In this document: piece by piece, positions 15,336-24,906 of the stretch
Position numbering within the stretch: position 1 is the first letter of the stretch
Layout of the letters: the number at the start of each line of letters is the position of its first letter
Virus record (IMG/VR): IMGVR_UViG_3300037882_003354
Span: 124,001 to 188,000 of that record
Strand: one strand, 5' to 3'
Length of the DNA: 64,000 nucleotides
The notes under the pieces: generated by a model
The model's database searches: none
Told to the model about the DNA's origin: nothing
The model's input: only the letters and a program-made list of their open reading frames with translations
Made by a program: the position numbers and the translations under genes

Positions 15336-16822
15336 TCCCGCTCGGGGTTCACATCAGGCATGGTCAACATGCCGCGTATGCTGGCCGGCCGGCTGGATGC
15401 ATTGTTCTTGAACTTGTTGGCACTCATGCCCACAGTGGGATCAATGATCTCCCCAGTGGCATCGTCCACTGATGTGGTGCTGACCACGCTGGTACGCTTG
15501 AGTCCCTGATACGCACTATTACCACCGCCAGTGCTCTGCTGTGCTCGTTGTTGGCTGAAACTACTGGTGTCTTCATCCTCGTTCAAGTCTGTGATGCGCA
15601 GAGTGTCCAGGTTAAACTCCAGATCCACCTTCTGTCCCACACCACTACTGCTGCGTGTCTTCATGAACTGAATCTGATAACGACCACGTTCCTTCATGGC
15701 CCTGCTGGTAAAGATGCCAATGACATTGTCTGCTGTCATGATCTTGCTCAAGCCACCTGAAATGTGACTGTGGTCAAACTCAATCTCCTCCACTGCACTG
15801 CGATTCAACTGACTGGCAGTGACTGTGACACATTGCGTCTCCATGGCCAAGTTTCTGATCTCCTCACTCACGTATTTGTCCTTGACGAACAGATCACTGG
15901 GCGATACCTTTACTGACAGTGGCATCATCAAATCCAGGTAATCTATGAGCAAAACATCAGGTTTTACGCCTTTTTTCACCTGATATTCTTTAAGATATGC
16001 TCTGATATCGTTACAATTCTTGCCACTTGGCATGTACTTGATCTGTATGCTGCCCGCCTTCTTGCCCAGCATCTTGACCTTGAGTTCCACGTCATCAATG
16101 TTCTTGAAGATCTCGCGTGTGCTGATGCCTGTGGTCATGCTGTCCAGTCGCATGGCCACCAGACCCTCGCTCAACTCGAATGTCAGGTACAACACATTTA
16201 GACCCAGTTGCGCCCAGTTGACTCCCATGTTGGCCAGGAACAGACTCTTGCCGCCACCTGATCCTGCACAGAAGATGTTGAGCTCGCCGCGGTTAAATCC
16301 GCCATACAACTTGCGATCAATGCTGGGCCAGCCTGTGCTGATCTGCCCGTTGCCGTCTTTCAACTTGCTCAATCGACTGCGCGGATCTTCAAAGTAGTCA
16401 GTGCCCATGTCCTTGTTCAGACTGATCTGAATGGCATCCTTGATCAACTTCTCCACAGGTCCATAGTCTCCAGCCTCCAGCAGATCACTGCTCTTGATGA
16501 TGGCCCGCTCCAGGCCCTTGTGCCGGCTGAAGTTCTCAAACTCATCCATGAGCCATTCGTAGTTCTCACGGGGCAGGGTAATGGCATCGAAAGTGCTGCG
16601 TGTGGCTGCATTAACAATGCTGGCCTCGGGCATGACCTTGTATTCATCCACATACCGGTTGATAAACTCTGCGGCCGCCTGCAGACGTTGATCAAAGTTC
16701 TCATGATCAAAAATATTCTGACACCTGACAAATGTTTCAGCATCTGACAGGAACATCTCCAAATATAACTTCTGCATGGCAAAGTCATAGTTGGGTTTGA
16801 CCGCGGCTTTATTCTTCTGCAT
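15332..16822 (-). CDS. DnaB-like replicative helicase (T4 gp41-like)
   Basis: STGWPSID..LYGG, AGSGGGKS, LTFELSE, IDYLDLM, TASQLNR. Confidence 0.92.
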   Translation of the reverse strand: MQKNKAAVKPNYDFAMQKLYLEMFLSDAETFVRCQNIFDHENFDQRLQAAAEFINRYVDEYKVMPEASIVNAATRSTFDAITLPRENYEWLMDEFENFSRHKGLERAIIKSSDLLEAGDYGPVEKLIKDAIQISLNKDMGTDYFEDPRSRLSKLKDGNGQISTGWPSIDRKLYGGFNRGELNIFCAGSGGGKSLFLANMGVNWAQLGLNVLYLTFELSEGLVAMRLDSMTTGISTREIFKNIDDVELKVKMLGKKAGSIQIKYMPSGKNCNDIRAYLKEYQVKKGVKPDVLLIDYLDLMMPLSVKVSPSDLFVKDKYVSEEIRNLAMETQCVTVTASQLNRSAVEEIEFDHSHISGGLSKIMTADNVIGIFTSRAMKERGRYQIQFMKTRSSSGVGQKVDLEFNLDTLRITDLNEDEDTSSFSQQRAQQSTGGGNSAYQGLKRTSVVSTTSVDDATGEIIDPTVGMSANKFKNNASSRPASIRGMLTMPDVNPERD

Positions 16823-17807
16823 TTTCCAGTTTCCTCTTCAGTAGATGTAGATTTATCTCTCCACTGACCTTGTAGTGTAATATTGTGGACAACGTGTATA
16901 ACCTGCCGTATCGTTTCACAGCATCAGCCGCATCTTTGACATCTGACTCCCAGGGCGGCAAGCTCACGCTCCAGCCCTGATCGACAGCCACCTTGATCAT
17001 CTTGGCGCCCGCTCGATCACGATCAGGTACCACTATGACCTCCCGACCCAGGGAATTTATTCTAGCGCATTGTGTTTCATTGGGTTCATTGTGCATGATG
17101 GCCACTCCATCCACAGCAATGGCATCAAACTGTCCTTCAACTACTATAACAAATTTACGCTCGTTTGTCTGTCTATCCAGGTTAAAAACATAACCAGGTT
17201 GCGCATCTGTCAGGTACTTGGGTTTGCCGGGTGTAATCTTGCGACCAGTGTAGCCCACAATCTTGCCCTGATGATAGAAGGGAATGATGACTCTATCCCG
17301 GTAACCCTTGGCTGCACTCCAGTGCCAGTTGTACCAATCCCAGCCCATCTTGCGTTCATCCACCAGGTACGTGATTATATCAAGCAGTTCAGCTTCTTGC
17401 ATGCCCTGAGCTATCCATGTGTCCATGGGCAAACAGTCTGCAGGCAGAGGACGTTCCTCCAAGGCCAGTTGCAATGCTTTTTTGGATACAGGTTGATCGT
17501 CTTTGATCTTGAGTGCCAGCAGGTTCAACTTGCCTATGTCCATGTCACTAGCGCCCAACCATTTGAACAAATTTTTGGTATTCTTGCTCAGCAGCTTGCC
17601 CGGGGACCAGCCGGCTTTAAAATTACAGTTGAAACAACTGTATGCCCAGCCACCATCTGGGCTGGTCTTGATACCGCCTCGCTTCCTGTCATCCCTCTTT
17701 TCGCCGTTGTACGAACAACAGACCGAATTGAAACTATCCCACCCGCTGGGTGTGGATTTTCGATTGGGCGGCAGCAGTGAGAACAGGGCGGCCTGTATGT
17801 CGTTCAT
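16809..17807 (-). CDS. DNA primase (T4 gp61-like)
   Basis: Zn finger CC...CFNC, RVIIPF, GYTGR, TOPRIM VEGQFDA, PDRD, KDAADA. Confidence 0.9.
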   Translation of the reverse strand: MNDIQAALFSLLPPNRKSTPSGWDSFNSVCCSYNGEKRDDRKRGGIKTSPDGGWAYSCFNCNFKAGWSPGKLLSKNTKNLFKWLGASDMDIGKLNLLALKIKDDQPVSKKALQLALEERPLPADCLPMDTWIAQGMQEAELLDIITYLVDERKMGWDWYNWHWSAAKGYRDRVIIPFYHQGKIVGYTGRKITPGKPKYLTDAQPGYVFNLDRQTNERKFVIVVEGQFDAIAVDGVAIMHNEPNETQCARINSLGREVIVVPDRDRAGAKMIKVAVDQGWSVSLPPWESDVKDAADAVKRYGRLYTLSTILHYKVSGEINLHLLKRKLENAEE

Positions 17808-17812
17808 GCACT

Positions 17813-17841
17813 ATTTTAACACCTGTAGAGCACTTTGTCAA
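17813..17841 (-). promoter_or_regulatory. sigma70 promoter giving a leaderless primase mRNA
   Basis: TTGACA-17-TAAAAT-agtgc-ATG on the minus strand. Confidence 0.75.
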
Positions 17842-18652
17842 ATGAACCGTAATATGCAGGATTGTCGTTGTCAAATTCAGCAGGTGCAGTGGCTGGCACA
17901 TACATGATTCGAACATAGGAAAAGATGCCGTTGAAGTTTACATAATCAACACCGGTGAAGTCGTCGTAAGACAGTGTTTGTACAGTTACGTATCGATCAA
18001 AACTTTGCGGGCTGTTGTACAAGGTGCCCTGTACATACACGGTGCCACGGAAACCGGTCATGTACATGGCCATGGTGTGCAAGGCAGTGTTACTATTATA
18101 CTCTGGGCATGCATAAACATTACCGCTCTTGTGCTCGTACTGATTGGTAAATGAATTAAATGATTTGTTAAAACTCACGATCTCTTGGCTGGACTGTAGC
18201 ACAGGATTAATGTCTTCGGCCAAGTGAACAGTGCCAGCAACTCCGTAATAGGTGTTGGCGTAAGTGGGCAAATACGTGCCGTCATCAGGATCTCGATACT
18301 TGACGCTGAATTGATAACTGGACTTGGTGAGATCCATGGTGTCGCTTTCCGTCAGGGTCAGCAGGGCCAGTCCCCGTGTGCTGGTGTTGGTCTCAATGAC
18401 CTCCAGTTGCTTCTCCAGCACCAGCCGTTGGCTGATGGTGTCGAACATGGAGAATACAAATGTCTGCGTGTTGCTGATGGACACTCGCTTTTGATCGCTA
18501 TTCTTAAACTGAATGCGTACCTTGTTCTTGATTCCCTTTTGAATCTTGAGATCGTGCTGATACATAACTTGATTGACTCCTCGTACAGTGGGGTACAAAT
18601 CTAATATTACATCCAGATTGTTGTCATATAAATAGATTGGTAAATTTTGCAT
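17816..18652 (-). CDS. hypothetical, likely virion structural protein
   Basis: beta-rich; start MQNLPIY 5 nt after TAAATA (18658-18663). Confidence 0.7.
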   Translation of the reverse strand: MQNLPIYLYDNNLDVILDLYPTVRGVNQVMYQHDLKIQKGIKNKVRIQFKNSDQKRVSISNTQTFVFSMFDTISQRLVLEKQLEVIETNTSTRGLALLTLTESDTMDLTKSSYQFSVKYRDPDDGTYLPTYANTYYGVAGTVHLAEDINPVLQSSQEIVSFNKSFNSFTNQYEHKSGNVYACPEYNSNTALHTMAMYMTGFRGTVYVQGTLYNSPQSFDRYVTVQTLSYDDFTGVDYVNFNGIFSYVRIMYVPATAPAEFDNDNPAYYGSFDKVLYRC

Positions 18653-18672
18653 ACTAGTATTTATTGATAACA

Positions 18673-19056
18673 ATGTCAACAACCACCATCTTCCAAGAAA
18701 ACTATCCCTTTATCACCTGCATCAAGTCAAACGACATTGAATACGTGGGGTTGATCATCAATAACGATACCTATATCACCAGCATCTACGATATTGCAAC
18801 ATTACGTTCCGGTGATGAACGTCGCATTTTTTTGGAAATGGGAGAAGTATGGTGGTGGGAGAGCAACCGTAAAATACCCATCAACATATTTCTTAAAAAA
18901 GAAATGCAATTGTTCAAGTATACCATCAAAACTTTCAACAGCAAGGACACCGTTATAGTCTTCGGACCCACGGTAAATCTCAGTGAGATTGCCGAGAAAC
19001 GCGTCAAGCGCAAATCCATTCAATTGGTCAGGGTTCCCAAGCAGAATCTCGACTGA
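18673..19056 (+). CDS. conserved phage hypothetical protein
   Basis: WWWESNRKIPINIFL motif; TATAAATA at 18627-18634 upstream. Confidence 0.75.
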   Translation: MSTTTIFQENYPFITCIKSNDIEYVGLIINNDTYITSIYDIATLRSGDERRIFLEMGEVWWWESNRKIPINIFLKKEMQLFKYTIKTFNSKDTVIVFGPTVNLSEIAEKRVKRKSIQLVRVPKQNLD

Positions 19057-19618
19057 GGTTTTCACATATCAAATTCATCTGCATGACCACGGCATGTGCA
19101 TAGCCATAGGCATGGGATTTTTTCCATGAGTATTCCACAGTCTTGGTCCAGATGTCTGAGGCAATGGCCGCCCAACCCTGATGCGCACACACTGATATCA
19201 GATGCCGTTTTCCCGGTCTCAGCAGTGCCAGAAACATGGCCAATTGATCGATATTACGTGGCCTCAGTTCAGCCACCAGGTCATGATGACCATTGACATG
19301 AAATATCATGTCGGAAAACTCACGTTGCTCCAATAGTTCCCACATGGGTTCCACGGCCAGCAGCCGGTTGATATGAGTTTCGTCCTTGACATCCTGGTAC
19401 ACACCCACATTCAAAAAGTCTATCTTGAAATAACCCCGAGCCTGAGCCGCACGGTAGTCCATGCTGGCTGTGCCGGTCAAAGGGTTCACGGGAATTTCCT
19501 GGCAGTAGACACCAGTGTTATGACGCTTGACCGTTTTGCCATCATCAATGGTGGCTGGCACATGCTTGATCAACTCAAGTATGCTGTTGCGATCTCCAAA
19601 ATCAATGTCAATGTCCAT
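19028..19618 (-). CDS. miniature DNA polymerase III alpha (DnaE)-like protein
   Basis: MDIDIDF, RHNTGVY, FKIDFL, LAMFLALLRPG, YSWKKSHAYGY match DnaE motifs PDxDxD, HAxG, KxDFLG, AL.RPG, FNKSHA.AY. Confidence 0.75.
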   Translation of the reverse strand: MDIDIDFGDRNSILELIKHVPATIDDGKTVKRHNTGVYCQEIPVNPLTGTASMDYRAAQARGYFKIDFLNVGVYQDVKDETHINRLLAVEPMWELLEQREFSDMIFHVNGHHDLVAELRPRNIDQLAMFLALLRPGKRHLISVCAHQGWAAIASDIWTKTVEYSWKKSHAYGYAHAVVMQMNLICENLSRDSAWEP

Positions 19619-20384
19619 TGAGTGTCTGTGTTAGCTTGGTTAGATCAGCACAGGTGTACTGCTGATATTGTTTCTTTATATTGTCTGGCATGGGTATATA
19701 TTCTATTTTAGCACCATAATGCACGGCAATCGAGCGAGCCACTGCTTCAAATGATCTGGGCTTGCCAGTGCCCACATTCCAGATGCCAGATTCCTTGATG
19801 TCAAAAAACTTCTTATGCACATCAATTACATCATCCACGTGTACAAAATCCCTGAGGTATTGATCCGAGTTTTCAAATAATTTTATCACACCAGTCTCAC
19901 GAGCCTGCTTTTCAAATTTATAATAAGGGCTGGCTTGATCACCTTTGTGTTCTTCATGAGGACCGTGTACGTTAAAATACCGGAACCCCTGCACTCGGAT
20001 TCCGTTAAACTTGTTGGACAGCACATGGCGATCAAACAAATACTTGCTCCAGGCATAGGGGCTCTGTGGGCTGTGCGGTGCCTGCTCACTAAAATTTTTA
20101 CCCAACCCGTACACACTGGCCGAACTGGCATACTGCAAATTCACATTGTTGGTCTGGCAGGCCACCAATAATATGCAACTGAAGTCATGATTCTGTCGCA
20201 TGACTTTCTCAACATCAGTCTCAGTGGTGCTGCTGATGGCGCCCAGGTGTATGACCCAATCCAAACCTTCAAATTCGGGAATGGCATCACCCCACTCGTA
20301 ATAAGTCAGCTGGTGGTCGTCACGTAGTGCTTTGACCATGTTCTGGCCGATAAATCCTTTGTATCCCGTGATTAAAATTTTCAT
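19608..20384 (-). CDS. hldD: ADP-L-glycero-D-manno-heptose 6-epimerase
   Basis: TGYKGFIG, HLGAISSTTE, YASSASVYG, YAWSK, GFRYFNVHGP.E.HKG.QAS, RDFVHV. Confidence 0.85.
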   Translation of the reverse strand: MKILITGYKGFIGQNMVKALRDDHQLTYYEWGDAIPEFEGLDWVIHLGAISSTTETDVEKVMRQNHDFSCILLVACQTNNVNLQYASSASVYGLGKNFSEQAPHSPQSPYAWSKYLFDRHVLSNKFNGIRVQGFRYFNVHGPHEEHKGDQASPYYKFEKQARETGVIKLFENSDQYLRDFVHVDDVIDVHKKFFDIKESGIWNVGTGKPRSFEAVARSIAVHYGAKIEYIPMPDNIKKQYQQYTCADLTKLTQTLNGH

Positions 20385-20797
20385 TTGGTAGCCAATACTG
20401 CGTTGTAAATGTCTTGAACTTTCTTGGTTGTCGAATACAGGTCCAATCGATCATAGAATATGACTTCTTTGCAATGCTCTGCACCGATGATGTGCCGGCC
20501 TCGATAGTCACTGCCCTTGATCATGAGATCCGGTTCAAAGTTTTTTATCAGAGTGTCTAATTCTGTATCTGAGTCAAATATATCCACACGATCCACCGCC
20601 TTGAGCGCAAACAAGAAACTTGATCTTTCAAATTCGTTGTTGACTGGCCTGTGTTTGCCCTTGAGTTGGGCAATCCTTCGATCACTGTCAATAAGAACAT
20701 AAACGTAGGAGTCAGGGTGGCAACGGGCGTATTCCAATAATCGCAAATGGCCCACGTGTAATATATCAAATGATCCATTAACAATTATTTTTTTCAT
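20381..20797 (-). CDS. heptose-1-phosphate adenylyltransferase-like cytidylyltransferase (RfaE domain II / HldC-like)
   Basis: NGSFDILHVGH, SD..I..LKG..RP.N, KGSDY, STT. Confidence 0.8.
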   Translation of the reverse strand: MKKIIVNGSFDILHVGHLRLLEYARCHPDSYVYVLIDSDRRIAQLKGKHRPVNNEFERSSFLFALKAVDRVDIFDSDTELDTLIKNFEPDLMIKGSDYRGRHIIGAEHCKEVIFYDRLDLYSTTKKVQDIYNAVLATK

Positions 20798-21150
20798 TTT
20801 TGACTGTCCCCCGGCATCACTCGATAATTATCCTCCACAGAATCAGGTGTGCTGACTTCTATGATGGTGCCTGCCTGCAAGCAGGTGATACGATGCGGTA
20901 CCAGTGGATCATTATGATGAACACCACCTTCCCCGACAATTTTCTTATTCACTTTGGCAGTTAGGGTGTCAATGACTTCAATTTCAAACAGGCCACTCAG
21001 CACATACCAAGTTTCTTCTTTTTCAGAATGAAAGTGCATGCTAAACTTGCTGCCTGTATTGAAGTTAAGGAACTTGCTGCAATATTTGTCGTTGGTGACC
21101 CAGATGAGTTCTGAACCCCAGCCCTTTTCAACTTTTCCGTCTAATCTCAT
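20794..21150 (-). CDS. cupin (mannose-6-phosphate isomerase-like)
   Basis: KGWG.E, SMHFH..KEETWYV, PHR, EVST. Confidence 0.8.
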   Translation of the reverse strand: MRLDGKVEKGWGSELIWVTNDKYCSKFLNFNTGSKFSMHFHSEKEETWYVLSGLFEIEVIDTLTAKVNKKIVGEGGVHHNDPLVPHRITCLQAGTIIEVSTPDSVEDNYRVMPGDSQK

Positions 21151-21530
21151 AATTCTCCGCTTTCAGCCAATTTTAACATCAGGCTATATTGTTCGTAAGC
21201 CCGTCGTACAGACGGGTATTTTTCTTTCAAATGTTTTTCTTGTTCTTTTTGTTTCATGAGTATCTCAAACATTTGATGATGACCACGCTGTTGCATGTTG
21301 TTAAACACTTGTGATTCAAAATTTGCAATTCGTTCTAGTTCACTTTCTGCGATCTCTATAGTATACAATGGCTCGCTATCAACTACAATGTCTTCGTAAA
21401 CTCGATTAAAATCCGTGGGATCCTTGAAATAATTTACATTAACTTTGTGATATCGACTGGCTCGTTTGTTGGTGTCGATCACTTTAATGCCGTGTTGTTC
21501 ACAAAATGTTCTTAAATTTTCATTTGTCAT
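21147..21530 (-). CDS. hypothetical protein
   Basis: coupled ORF in the operon. Confidence 0.7.
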   Translation of the reverse strand: MTNENLRTFCEQHGIKVIDTNKRASRYHKVNVNYFKDPTDFNRVYEDIVVDSEPLYTIEIAESELERIANFESQVFNNMQQRGHHQMFEILMKQKEQEKHLKEKYPSVRRAYEQYSLMLKLAESGEL

Positions 21531-22228
21531 TTTATACCCACCTCATGACATATTTCTTTGACCAGGGCCACATCAGCCGGGGTCTCTCGGAATTTCTTCA
21601 TCCAGAAGGGAACATCAAATGCCGGTGCAATCATGTTCAACTGATCGTCGCTCATTTTCCTGACCATGGATTGGCCCACTGCGCTGTTCAAAACCATCCA
21701 GGGACTTATGCGACCATGCAGAATGTCGTGCACTGCCTTGTTCAGACTGACGTAGTTAAAGTAGTGAGCGAACTCTGCCTTGTGTTCATCGCCCCACTCC
21801 ATCATGGTCTGCAGGGTACGCTGTACCGCTGACTCAACCGGTTCAATCTTGATCATTTCAAACAAATATTTTTCGTACAGTTCATCTCTGCACCAGTGGT
21901 CCAATTTGACGCCACTCTTGATCACATAGTCAACAAACCTGTCAGGATAGATGGGATTGACGTTGTTGACAAAACTACCGAATTTTACAAACGCATTGTA
22001 ATAAGGGCTGTCGCAGAAGTCCTTGTACAGGATTTTTTTCTTGGAATTGTTGGTCAGTTGCCAGAATCTAATGAAGGCCGAGAACCCAGCCTGCACTCGC
22101 TTTTCTTTTTCCTGAAACGCACGACGCTTCTTTTCACACAGGTGGCTCACAAGTGTCTTGGGCTGACTGAATTTTTTGCCACAATAATCACACTGATGTG
22201 GTTGTGGCATGAGCAGGCTGTTACTCAT
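21527..22228 (-). CDS. hypothetical protein with N-terminal zinc finger
   Basis: CDYCGKKF......HLC. Confidence 0.75.
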   Translation of the reverse strand: MSNSLLMPQPHQCDYCGKKFSQPKTLVSHLCEKKRRAFQEKEKRVQAGFSAFIRFWQLTNNSKKKILYKDFCDSPYYNAFVKFGSFVNNVNPIYPDRFVDYVIKSGVKLDHWCRDELYEKYLFEMIKIEPVESAVQRTLQTMMEWGDEHKAEFAHYFNYVSLNKAVHDILHGRISPWMVLNSAVGQSMVRKMSDDQLNMIAPAFDVPFWMKKFRETPADVALVKEICHEVGIK

Positions 22229-22706
22229 ATTCCTTGCGCTGTTTTTTATCGAACCCCATGCTGTCGAACAACTCCTTGATGTCTTCCTTGGTCATCATTT
22301 TGGCCAGTATTTTAACTTCAGTCATCTTCATGGTAGGGTTCAATTCAGCCACCAGTCGTTCAATCTTGACTGCCTTTTCCTTCTTGGTGGCCGCCAAGTA
22401 GGGATGGTATGCTGGTACACCAGCACCCGTGGCTGCGTATAATTTCCATAGCAATGCCTTGTGATCCTTACTCAGCACCCAATGATTCTTGTTGACATAT
22501 TCGTTGGTGGTTTCCAAAAACCATTCCTGTATGTCACGATCACCCTGCACATTGGCAGTATACCGCATGAGTACATATGGGCTAAATGCCTTGCGTTCTT
22601 CATCGGTCAGGTTGCTGTAAAAATCGTAGTCTTTGTTGTCAACTGCGGCCAGTTCCCGCTTGATGTCCAACACTGGCGGCTTCTTGGGTTTAGGTGTTGT
22701 TGCCAT
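22221..22706 (-). CDS. putative clamp-loader small subunit (gp62-like)
   Basis: KAFSPYVLMRY helical motif; replication context. Confidence 0.45.
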   Translation of the reverse strand: MATTPKPKKPPVLDIKRELAAVDNKDYDFYSNLTDEERKAFSPYVLMRYTANVQGDRDIQEWFLETTNEYVNKNHWVLSKDHKALLWKLYAATGAGVPAYHPYLAATKKEKAVKIERLVAELNPTMKMTEVKILAKMMTKEDIKELFDSMGFDKKQRKEYE

Positions 22707-22938
22707 TTTCCATGCTCAAGTAATACAATATTTTAACACGTTCCAGTGCTGCGTGTAAAGCAGGATCTGTTCGTGCAGCCCGCCTGATGTTACCCCAAAG
22801 TTGATTCTCCATCATGTGTTCATGCAATGGACGGCCATCGGACGTTCGGGCATCCCTGATCAACTCACGTTCACTAGAACCCGATTCACGCTGATAGACG
22901 ATGTTACCGCCATCCGGGCTTTCGTATATCAGGGCCAT
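22690..22938 (-). CDS. small hypothetical protein
   Basis: IYESPDGG..VY.R motif; start reassigned to 22938. Confidence 0.7.
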   Translation of the reverse strand: MALIYESPDGGNIVYQRESGSSERELIRDARTSDGRPLHEHMMENQLWGNIRRAARTDPALHAALERVKILYYLSMENGNNT

Positions 22939-22939
22939 G

Positions 22940-23443
22940 TCACCAGCATTTGGTATAATCCACCAGTTCACTCTGGCGGCTGACTTCTTTGACAAAGTAT
23001 GCACACAGAGGTTTTTTACCTGCATGTAATGGAGTGCACAGCAATTGCCCGGGTCGCATTTTGGGAAAGTACCATTTGACATCTTGGTAGACATCGATGA
23101 TGTCTATCTCCAGTAATTCTGGTCTAAAACTGCTAAGTGGATTGAAACAGAAAGTTTTAAATCCGCGATCGTTAAGACTGGTGAGTGGCAGGATTTCCAT
23201 GTCCGGGCCCTCAGCATCACCCACAATGGTGCACCAATCCAGGGGCATGGTGATCTCGTGTGGTCCTATTTTTAGCACAACTGCTGGGCCTGTAAAACTT
23301 TCCAGGAAGATCAGGGGAATGAAAAAGTGGTCGGGGTTTTGATTGTCACTATTGTCCAGCACAGCAAATCGCAAGTCGTCATCAACTTCATCTGGCAGTT
23401 TATTGAGAAAGAATGTTTCGTTATCGAGCGTGAGTATTTGCAT
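22940..23443 (-). CDS. conserved hypothetical protein
   Basis: 167 aa, TAATG-coupled to uvsW. Confidence 0.75.
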   Translation of the reverse strand: MQILTLDNETFFLNKLPDEVDDDLRFAVLDNSDNQNPDHFFIPLIFLESFTGPAVVLKIGPHEITMPLDWCTIVGDAEGPDMEILPLTSLNDRGFKTFCFNPLSSFRPELLEIDIIDVYQDVKWYFPKMRPGQLLCTPLHAGKKPLCAYFVKEVSRQSELVDYTKCW

Positions 23444-24906
23444 TATTGGTATTTTACTTTCTCTATTGTGAATGGGTATTTGGCATCTTTGTAAAATCGT
23501 TTGCGTTCGGTCAGATGCCGCTTGGCGTATTTTGTGCTGGCAGTGATATCCCAGATGCTGACAAAGTCTTTGTCGTCGGCCTTTCTTATGCCCCGTCCAA
23601 TACTCTGTATAACACGGACAAAACTTTTCCCGGGTTCCAACAGAACCAGATTAAAAATCCGAGGGATATTAATACCCACAGCGGCAACACCATAGGTAGC
23701 CACAATAATCTTGTTATCAGCAGTCTTAATTTCGTCATATTCTTCTTTTCTGTCCTTGGTTTTAACTTCCCCAGAGACAAAAACACTACCTGGTATTTTT
23801 TCCGCTATGGCTCTTCCTGAATCAATTCGATTGACCAGCACCAGAGTGTTGCCACTTGCTGAGATGGTATTTACTAGTTCGCTGACATAATCCATGCGCG
23901 TGTTGTCTGTGACCAAATATTTAAGTTCTTCTGCATAACTGCCAAACTCTTTCCACTCCGCAGTCTGTATGATGTTCACATGACAGTTGCTCAGTACACC
24001 TTTCTCCTGCAACTCATGTGCGCTCACCCGATTGATCACCTCACCCAGGCTGGCACGGATGCTTTGGAATTCGTGATCGGCCTTGGGCACGGTGCCAGTC
24101 AGCCCCCATCTGATGGGAGCATGGGACAGATTGCGTGTCAACAAATTCCTCAACACGTCTGCTTTGGCCATGTGCACCTCGTCCACCATGACTGTGCTGA
24201 CACCTTCCAGCAACTCTGCCAGTGTCAGCAGTTCGGCATCTCTGCTGAAATCCTTGGACTTTTTATCCAGGATGTTCAGACTTTGCCAGGTGCAGATGGT
24301 GTGTGTTTTATCCAGATTTTTTCTATCACCATAGTACACACCCACATCCAGACCGCAGTTGAGGAAGTCTTCTTCAGTTTGTTCCACCAGACTCTTGTTG
24401 GGCACAATGGTGACCGTACGTCCATACTTTTCGCAGATCTTGGCCAGGGTGGCCGTGGTGATGGTTTTGCCAAATCCCGTGGCGATCTCTTGGATGCATT
24501 GTGGGTTCTTTAGGAACATGTTGACCACTTCCACTTGGTCATCACGCAGACGAATTGGTTGACCTGCAAATCGATGACCCACTGGCCATGTTTGCTCGCC
24601 CCAAAAATCTTCAAAAATCTCTTCAAACTCCAGTGCTGGGCTGGTGCGCAAGTCTTCCACTTCCACGTAATAGTTTTTACTTTCCAAGTATTCCAGCACT
24701 GGTTCTAACATGCTCAAGTAGGTGGTACCACCCAGTCCAAAGAAAGAAATGCTGCCATCCCAGCGACCCAATTTGTAACTGGGTCGGAATCTGGCCGATG
24801 GATCCTCGTACTTGAATTTTTTAACCAGAGCCTTGCGTGTATCGAGATCTAGATTCGATATCTTGACATTGACTTCGTCTAGGATTGTTACCCGTGCTGT
24901 GGCCAA
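23443..24906 (-). CDS. uvsW: UvsW-like SF2 helicase
   Basis: LRDDQ, ATGFGKT, DEVH, GLTGT, GINIPRI, IQSIGRG.R. Confidence 0.9.
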   Translation of the reverse strand: MATARVTILDEVNVKISNLDLDTRKALVKKFKYEDPSARFRPSYKLGRWDGSISFFGLGGTTYLSMLEPVLEYLESKNYYVEVEDLRTSPALEFEEIFEDFWGEQTWPVGHRFAGQPIRLRDDQVEVVNMFLKNPQCIQEIATGFGKTITTATLAKICEKYGRTVTIVPNKSLVEQTEEDFLNCGLDVGVYYGDRKNLDKTHTICTWQSLNILDKKSKDFSRDAELLTLAELLEGVSTVMVDEVHMAKADVLRNLLTRNLSHAPIRWGLTGTVPKADHEFQSIRASLGEVINRVSAHELQEKGVLSNCHVNIIQTAEWKEFGSYAEELKYLVTDNTRMDYVSELVNTISASGNTLVLVNRIDSGRAIAEKIPGSVFVSGEVKTKDRKEEYDEIKTADNKIIVATYGVAAVGINIPRIFNLVLLEPGKSFVRVIQSIGRGIRKADDKDFVSIWDITASTKYAKRHLTERKRFYKDAKYPFTIEKVKYQ

